A stretch of DNA of 64,000 nt, from positions 11,093 through 75,092 of the forward strand of contig CASFZG010000010.1 of NCBI GenBank assembly GCA_949299135.1, written 5' to 3'. The translations under genes were made by a program, and so were the position numbers. Within the stretch, counting starts at the first letter, position 1; every line of letters starts with the position of its first letter. Source of the DNA: an uncultured Phascolarctobacterium sp. Its GTDB lineage: Bacteria > Bacillota > Negativicutes > Acidaminococcales > Acidaminococcaceae. Positions 58,050-64,000 of this stretch are shown piece after piece. The notes beneath the pieces were generated by a model that had not been told where the DNA came from, searched no databases, and worked only from the letters and a program-made list of their open reading frames with translations.

Positions 58050-58185
58050 AAAAAAAGAAAACATCTCCTTCAATAACGTAACTTTGAAGGAGATGTCTTA
58101 GTTATAAAATATATCCGACTAAGTTTGTATTTAGTTGTTTCCCTGTCTATGATTTAATTATACGCTATCTCAAAGCAAATAGCAA
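58050..58185 (-). promoter_or_regulatory. Autotransporter promoter and leader containing an intrinsic terminator (candidate attenuator)
   Basis: TTGCTA(58185-58180)-17-TATAAT(58162-58157). A 13-bp perfect stem, ACATCTCCTTCAA/TTGAAGGAGATGT (58061-58096), and a U-tract lie about 20 nt before the ATG. Confidence 0.6.
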
Positions 58186-58435
58186 ATTTCTACCAATTTT
58201 ATAGGAATTATTTTTGTAAAGGTAGTTACACAATCGGCGGTATTTCACAAAGAAATCACTTCTGCCTCCGCCAAAATGATTTTTTATCCGCTTTTTGGCG
58301 TTTTAAAGTGCCGTTCACAAAATGTATACATTTTAAGCTGATATAAATTTTGTTACAACTCTTGCTATGTAAAGAACATAAGTATATAATATTTTTATAG
58401 TTATTCCGCTTAGTTTGAAAGGAGCAACAAAATTT

Positions 58436-59119
58436 ATGGAAAAAATTTACGAAGGCAAAACCAAAACCGTTTTCCAGCTTGAAAACGGCAACGTACTGTT
58501 AAAATTTAAAGATGACTGCACCGGTAAAGACGGTGTGTTCGACCCGGGCGAAAACAGCATCGGCCTGACCATCGACGGCATCGGCAAAGCTAACCTCGAA
58601 ACCTCTATCCACTTCTTTGAAATCCTTAAAAAAGAAGGCATTAAAACCCATTATGTAAGCGCTGATATCGACAACGCTACCATGGAAGTTCTGCCCTGCA
58701 AAGTATTCGGCAAAGGCCTTGAAGTTATCTGCCGCTTAAAAGCAACCGGCAGCTTCATCCGCCGTTACGGCGATTATATTGCCGACGGCACCGCTATTGA
58801 AGGCGGCTATGTTGAAACCACCTTCAAAGACGACGCTAAAGGCGATCCGCTGGTTACCGAAGACGCTCTCGTTGTACTGGGCGTTATGAGCCACGAAGAC
58901 TACAAGAGCCTGAAAGAACAGACCCTGAAAATTACCAAAATCGTTGCTGCAGACCTGGCTAAACTCGGCCTTGACCTGTACGACATCAAATTTGAATTTG
59001 GTTACCACAACGGCGAAGTAATCCTCATCGACGAAATCGCCAGCGGCAACATGCGCGTTTACAAAGACGGCAAATATGTTGACCCTGTAACCTTAACTTC
59101 CATCATTTTAGGCAAATAA
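58436..59119 (+). CDS. purC: Phosphoribosylaminoimidazole-succinocarboxamide (SAICAR) synthase
   Basis: IYEGKTK, LKFKDD, LEVICR..ATGS..RRY, E.TFKDD..GDP, D.KFEFG, ILIDEI...NMR. Confidence 0.88.
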   Translation: MEKIYEGKTKTVFQLENGNVLLKFKDDCTGKDGVFDPGENSIGLTIDGIGKANLETSIHFFEILKKEGIKTHYVSADIDNATMEVLPCKVFGKGLEVICRLKATGSFIRRYGDYIADGTAIEGGYVETTFKDDAKGDPLVTEDALVVLGVMSHEDYKSLKEQTLKITKIVAADLAKLGLDLYDIKFEFGYHNGEVILIDEIASGNMRVYKDGKYVDPVTLTSIILGK

Positions 59120-59221
59120 TTAACGCCAAAAATTTAACGGCAGCTTTATGGCTGCCGTTTTTTATATCTGCCAAAGCAAAAGTTAAAGCCTGCACAGTGC
59201 GTGCAGGCTTTTGTTATTTAC

Positions 59222-59722
59222 TTAGCGTACGTTGTAGCGGAGTTCTTTTTCAAGTACTGCGCCGGTTTCAGGGTTCAGTACCATTTCGCCGCGGAGTTCC
59301 GGGGTCACGAATTTCAGTTCATATTCGTACAGGCCGTCGTCCATATCAAGTTTTACTTTGTGGAAGCTTGCGTTGGGGTATTCGCTGGTTACTACTGCCT
59401 GTGCATCTGCTGCGGAGAGCACGATGTTGCGGCTGCCCATTGCCATCTCGGCTTCCATTTTATATTCTTTAACCGCCTGGGTGAATTTGCTTACTTCTAC
59501 TTCGTAGCTGGTTACGGTAGTGCTGTCGAAGAATTTGAATTCATATTCGTCGAAGTCTTCCTGAGTGCCTACGTGGGTTGCACTGGCTGGTACAAGTTTA
59601 GCTGCCATGCTTTGAGCGTCTGCCATGGTGAAGCCTGCTGCGAAAGCAGTTGCGCTGATGGTTAAGGTAGAGATTGCTGCTACTGCGAGAGCGGTTAATT
59701 TTTTACCGGTGAGTTTTAACAT
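59222..59722 (-). CDS. Secreted PepSY-domain protein (two repeats)
   Basis: Signal peptide; D.DEYEFKF and KVKLD.DDGLYEYEL.F...E.V...ETG.VL. Confidence 0.75.
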   Translation of the reverse strand: MLKLTGKKLTALAVAAISTLTISATAFAAGFTMADAQSMAAKLVPASATHVGTQEDFDEYEFKFFDSTTVTSYEVEVSKFTQAVKEYKMEAEMAMGSRNIVLSAADAQAVVTSEYPNASFHKVKLDMDDGLYEYELKFVTPELRGEMVLNPETGAVLEKELRYNVR

Positions 59723-59895
59723 TTTGTGTTCCTCCTTTTATTTTAAGGTCTGTCCTTATTGCTTTTTTAAGGTGTTCCCTTATCTTTGTCTTAATTATAG
59801 CTGAGAAAGATTAAAGAAAAATTAAAAGAAAAAAGTTTTTAAAAATTATTTTAAAAATTCCGGTATGTTATAATAATGCTATAAGGAGGTGCCTT

Positions 59896-60570
59896 ATGAG
59901 GATTTTAATTGTTGAAGACGAGCCGGATTTACTGGACGCCTTAAAAAAACAGCTGCAAAGCAGCGGTTATAGTGTGGATGCCTGCGGCGACGGGATTGAT
60001 GCGGAGCATTACCTGCAAATGGCAAGCTACGACGCCGTGGTGCTTGATATTATGCTGCCCGGCATCGACGGGCTGGAACTTTTAAAAAGAATGCGTGCCA
60101 ATGGCGACAGCACCCATGTTTTGCTGCTGACGGCTCTGGACAGTTTGGAAAATAAAGTGCGCGGGCTGGACGCCGGTGCAGATGATTACCTTGTCAAACC
60201 CTTTGCGTTTGACGAGCTTCTGGCACGCCTGCGCGTGCTGGTGCGCCGCCGCACGGGGCAGACCACCAACGTGCTGGAATATGCCGGGTTAACCATGGAT
60301 TTAAACAGCCGCACCGTTATCCGCGAAGGAAAGGAAATCACCCTGTCCTCCAAGGAATTCGCCGTGCTGGAATATCTTTTGCGCAATCAGGGGCGCGTCC
60401 TCTCGCGCGAAAAAATAGAAAACCATGTCTGGAATTACGATTTCGAAGGCGGTTCCAACGTCGTCGACGTTTACATCCGCTACCTGCGTAAAAAAATTGA
60501 CGCGGGCTTTGATAAAAAATTACTGCATACCATCCGCGGCGCGGGTTACGTTCTGAAGGAGGAAAAATGA
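59896..60570 (+). CDS. OmpR-family response regulator
   Basis: ILIVEDE, LDIMLPG.DG, LLLTA, GADDYL.KPF...EL.AR, NVVDVYI.YLR.KI, TIRG.GY. Confidence 0.97.
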   Translation: MRILIVEDEPDLLDALKKQLQSSGYSVDACGDGIDAEHYLQMASYDAVVLDIMLPGIDGLELLKRMRANGDSTHVLLLTALDSLENKVRGLDAGADDYLVKPFAFDELLARLRVLVRRRTGQTTNVLEYAGLTMDLNSRTVIREGKEITLSSKEFAVLEYLLRNQGRVLSREKIENHVWNYDFEGGSNVVDVYIRYLRKKIDAGFDKKLLHTIRGAGYVLKEEK

Positions 60571-61928
60571 AAGCTCTTTCCGTAAAAATGAAGGTAACGC
60601 TGTGGTACACCGGCCTGATAATGGCGGTTTTAAGCGTTATTTTTGCCGCCGTGCTGTACGCCGCCGACGACGTGCTGCTGCTTAATTTGCAGGACGACCT
60701 TGAAAACGAGGTTTACGGCAACGCCAGCAGCCTTGAACTGCGGCGCGACGGCAGCCTGCGCCTTGACGACCTGGACTTTCTGCATGACGGCGTAATGCTG
60801 GCGGTGTATGACGCAGGCGGCAGTTTAATTGCCGGGCTGACGCCGGTGCAGCTGCCGCAGACGGAATTTAAATCCGAACTGTTGCAGACCGTCACCAGCG
60901 GCAGCCAGACCTGGTACGTTTTTGACCTTTATATGAAGCTTGCCGGTATGCCGGGCGGCGTGTGGCTGCGCGGTACCACGTCATTAAGCAGCATTTACGC
61001 CACGCGCGATGAGATTTTGCTGCAATGCGCGCTGCTGTTCCCGTTTTTAATCCTGCTCTCCGGCTTCGGCGGCTACCTTCTCACCAAAAAAGCACTCAAG
61101 CCCGTGCGGCAGATAACGGCGGCGGCCGAACGCATCGGCAGCGGAAGCGATTTATCACAGCGCATTGACCTGCACAACGCCGACCGCGAAATGATGGAAT
61201 TGTCGCAAACCTTCGACAGCATGTTCTCGCGTCTGGAAAAATCTTTCGACGCCGAGCGCCAGTTTACCGCCGACGCCTCGCACGAACTGCGCACACCGAC
61301 GGCCGTCATCATTGCGCAGGCGGAATACGCCTTGCAGCACGCCAAAGCGGATGAAAAAGACGAAGCACTGCAAAAAATTCTGGCGCAGGCAAAAAAAATG
61401 TCGCGCCTGTTGGCGCAGCTGTTAATGCTGGCACGCGCCGACGCGAACAAAATACAGTTTGAAATTGAAAAATTTGATTTCAGCGAGCTGGCGGAAATTG
61501 TGCTGGAAGAAACCGAACAGCTTGCCGCGGACAAAAACATTACCGTTAAAAGCAATATTGAGCCGGGCGTTGAAGTTGAAGGCGACCAGACGCTTTTGAT
61601 GCGCCTGCTGCTGAACCTTCTGGACAACGCCGTTAAATACACAGGCGTTGGCGGCGAAGTTAGCTTTACCCTGCGCAAAACGGCTGACAGCGTTATCTGC
61701 GCCGTACGCGATACGGGCTGCGGCATTGCGCCGGAAGAATTGCCGAAAATCTGGCGGCGCTTCTACCAGTCGGACGGCAACCGCGGGCAAAGCGGCGCGG
61801 GGCTGGGCCTCAGCATGGTGCAGTGGATTGCAAACCTGCACGGCGGCACGGTCAGTGTAGAAAGCACCCCCGGCAAAGGCAGCACCTTTACCTTCACCAT
61901 GCCGTTGAAACCTAACTGCAAAGCATAA
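60567..61928 (+). CDS. Sensor histidine kinase (HAMP-HisKA-HATPase)
   Basis: Two TM helices; F.ADASHELRTP, NL.DNA.KY, D.G.GI, G.GLGL...I...HGG. Confidence 0.97.
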   Translation: MKALSVKMKVTLWYTGLIMAVLSVIFAAVLYAADDVLLLNLQDDLENEVYGNASSLELRRDGSLRLDDLDFLHDGVMLAVYDAGGSLIAGLTPVQLPQTEFKSELLQTVTSGSQTWYVFDLYMKLAGMPGGVWLRGTTSLSSIYATRDEILLQCALLFPFLILLSGFGGYLLTKKALKPVRQITAAAERIGSGSDLSQRIDLHNADREMMELSQTFDSMFSRLEKSFDAERQFTADASHELRTPTAVIIAQAEYALQHAKADEKDEALQKILAQAKKMSRLLAQLLMLARADANKIQFEIEKFDFSELAEIVLEETEQLAADKNITVKSNIEPGVEVEGDQTLLMRLLLNLLDNAVKYTGVGGEVSFTLRKTADSVICAVRDTGCGIAPEELPKIWRRFYQSDGNRGQSGAGLGLSMVQWIANLHGGTVSVESTPGKGSTFTFTMPLKPNCKA

Positions 61929-61985
61929 ACACAAACTAAAACGGACAGAAAGCGTTAAGCTCTCTGCCCGTTTTTTATTGCCTTT

Positions 61986-63011
61986 TTATTTTTGTTCTAT
62001 GCCTGCGTTTTGCCAGCGCGCAATAACTTCAGCCTTCTGCCCTGCCGTCCAGCTTAAATCGTCCACCGGCGTCAGCAGCTTACCCGTGTATTTGTCACGT
62101 AAATCGTCATCAGCTGCGGAACTGATGCTCCAGATAAGCTGGTGCCCTGTTGCGCCGACAATTTCCGCCGCGCGCCGCGATAACAAGTAATCAATAAACT
62201 TACCTGCCGTCGCCTGATTTTTACCGTTCAGCACCGCCGCACCGCTGATAAGGTTTTTGTTGCCATCATTCGGCAGCGTGGCAAACAGGTTCTGCTCGCT
62301 GCGCTCCAAAAGCAACGCCAGCGAAAGCGGCACAACCGCCACAGTTTTATAGCCCATGCGCACTTCGTCAATGGTTTCCTGCAAGTTGACAAAATATTCC
62401 GGACGCTGCCTGTTCAACGCCGTCGCATATTCCATAGCTGCTTTTTCGCCCTTTAACTGCCACAATGCCGTCATCATGCCGTAGCCTGCGCCGCCGTTTT
62501 TCGGGTTGGGCAATGCCAGTTCAAATTTTAATTCATCCGCCAGCAAATCCTGCCAGCTTTCCGGCGCGTACAAACCAAAATAATGCAGGTTCTGCTTGTT
62601 GCTTAAAAAACCGATGTGGTCGATATAAAGCGCCGTCCACAGCCAGTTGTTCTGACGGAACTCCGCCGGTACGGCATACGCTTCCTCCGGCTGGTAACTT
62701 ACCAGTAAGCCCCGCTCCGCCGCCAGATAAAACTCCTCAACCGTGCCGCCCAGCCACACATCGCTGCCGCTGTTCGCCAAAAACTTAAAGCGGTTATCCA
62801 CACTCCCCGGCGGAAGCGGCACAACCTCTGCCTCAATCCCGCTGGCAGCGGTAAAATCATCCGCCAATGCGCGCGCCAAATGCGGCGGCATGCTGATACA
62901 GATTTTTACCTGCTCTTTATTTTTAACTTCGTTTTCTGCTGCTGCCGGTTGTTTTTGCCACACCGACAGCACGCACAGCGCCGCACACAGCAGCGCCAGG
63001 ATTTTTTTCAT
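61986..63011 (-). CDS. ABC transporter substrate-binding protein (Fe3+/phosphonate/polyamine cluster)
   Basis: Signal peptide; DVW.GG, PESW.DLL, L..PNP...G.G, A..F.D.LLS. Confidence 0.75.
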   Translation of the reverse strand: MKKILALLCAALCVLSVWQKQPAAAENEVKNKEQVKICISMPPHLARALADDFTAASGIEAEVVPLPPGSVDNRFKFLANSGSDVWLGGTVEEFYLAAERGLLVSYQPEEAYAVPAEFRQNNWLWTALYIDHIGFLSNKQNLHYFGLYAPESWQDLLADELKFELALPNPKNGGAGYGMMTALWQLKGEKAAMEYATALNRQRPEYFVNLQETIDEVRMGYKTVAVVPLSLALLLERSEQNLFATLPNDGNKNLISGAAVLNGKNQATAGKFIDYLLSRRAAEIVGATGHQLIWSISSAADDDLRDKYTGKLLTPVDDLSWTAGQKAEVIARWQNAGIEQK

Positions 63012-63110
63012 AGCATACCTCACTTGGGCAATTTTCTTCTATTATACCACAGCCGCCGATTAAACAAAAATCCCGGGCATTTTACTTGCCCGGGAAATAA
63101 TTTTGCAATT

Positions 63111-64000
63111 TTACTCGCGGTCAAAAACCATAATCTTGTCAAAGTCAAGGTAAACGGTTTCGCCGTCGTTAAATTCTTTCAGGTCTGCGCCTTTTACGAT
63201 AACGCGGATTTCATGGTGCTTGCACTGCACGCGGTAATCCACGGCGTCGCCAAGATAGAAGCGGTGCGTCAGCTTGCCTTCAATGGTGCCGCCGCTGCGG
63301 GACATCCTGATGTTTTCCGGACGTACGGCAATGGTAGCGCTGCCAGTAACGCCGCTGGTGTTCGGGAAGGATACGCCGGTGCCGCTGATATATACGCGGT
63401 CGCCCTGTACTTCGCCTTCCACAAAGTTTACAAGGCCGATAAAGTCGGCAACCATCTTGTTGGCCGGATTGCGGTAAATTTCGTACGGCGTGCCGATTTG
63501 CTGAATAACGCCGCGGCTCATAACAACAACGCGGTCACTCATAGTCATTGCTTCAGACTGGTCATGCGTTACATAAATAACGGTAATGCCCAGTTCCTTC
63601 TGAATAGAAGAAATTTCAAAGCGCATGCTTTCGCGCAGCTTGGCATCAAGGTTGGACAAAGGTTCGTCCAAAAGCAGAAGGCCGGGGCGCATTACCAGCG
63701 CACGCGCCAGTGCAACACGCTGCTGCTGGCCACCGGAAAGCTGATGCGGATAACGGCTGCCGTACTCGTCAAGATGAACGAGTTTCAGCATTTCTGCAAC
63801 TCTTGCAGCGCGTTCTTCTTTGGGAACTTTTTGAATTTTAAGCGGATATGCAACGTTTTCGGTAACAGTCATGTGCGGCCATACGGCATAAGACTGGAAA
63901 ACCATACCGATATCGCGTTTTTCGGGCGGCACGAAAGTATTTTTTATATGCGAGCTTACGCAGTGGTCGCCGATATAAATTTCGCCTTCGGTTGCCCTTT
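63111..64000 (-). CDS. ABC transporter ATPase (FbpC/PotA-like; the 5' end is outside the window)
   Basis: PPEKRDIGMVFQSYAVWPHM.V.ENVAY, LSGGQQQRVALARAL, LLDEPLSNLDAKLR, TOBE domain. The frame stays open to the window edge. Confidence 0.93.
   Translation of the reverse strand, partial: RATEGEIYIGDHCVSSHIKNTFVPPEKRDIGMVFQSYAVWPHMTVTENVAYPLKIQKVPKEERAARVAEMLKLVHLDEYGSRYPHQLSGGQQQRVALARALVMRPGLLLLDEPLSNLDAKLRESMRFEISSIQKELGITVIYVTHDQSEAMTMSDRVVVMSRGVIQQIGTPYEIYRNPANKMVADFIGLVNFVEGEVQGDRVYISGTGVSFPNTSGVTGSATIAVRPENIRMSRSGGTIEGKLTHRFYLGDAVDYRVQCKHHEIRVIVKGADLKEFNDGETVYLDFDKIMVFDRE

Overview
Chromosomal window from a diderm Firmicute (Negativicutes; Phascolarctobacterium/Acidaminococcales-like, inferred from Firmicute-type housekeeping genes alongside outer-membrane FadL and autotransporter genes). 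Most of it is GC-balanced housekeeping and metabolic DNA: lysA, serS, mnmA, purA/purB/purC, a fold-III lysine/ornithine decarboxylase, Zn- and Fe-type ABC transporters, a two-component system, five intact tRNAs and a truncated tRNA-Phe. Two AT-rich accessory islands stand out. Island 1 (~2.2-7.1 kb) lies next to an unusual antitoxin-toxin-antitoxin module. It carries an excisionase-like HTH relic, a single ORF fusing a C5-cytosine methyltransferase to a Vsr endonuclease, a coupled UvrD-helicase/RecB-type Fe-S nuclease gene broken by a microhomology deletion and two frameshifts, and a decayed IS200 that the ORF track misses. Island 2 (~31.1-39.2 kb) carries an EcoAI/EcoEI-like type I R-M system, two coupled unknown genes (a membrane coiled-coil protein and a possible RNase H-fold nuclease) behind a 16-bp perfect inverted repeat, and a hicAB module with a frameshifted toxin. 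Non-coding signals include a probable 6S RNA (30190-30346), a candidate ~95-nt sRNA with a perfect sigma-A promoter (12317-12448), a terminator-containing leader upstream of the autotransporter, and SOS- and CsoR-like operators. The best candidates for undescribed systems are the MTase-Vsr plus helicase-nuclease locus and the two-gene cassette behind hsdS. All family assignments come from motif recognition by eye; no database searches were run.
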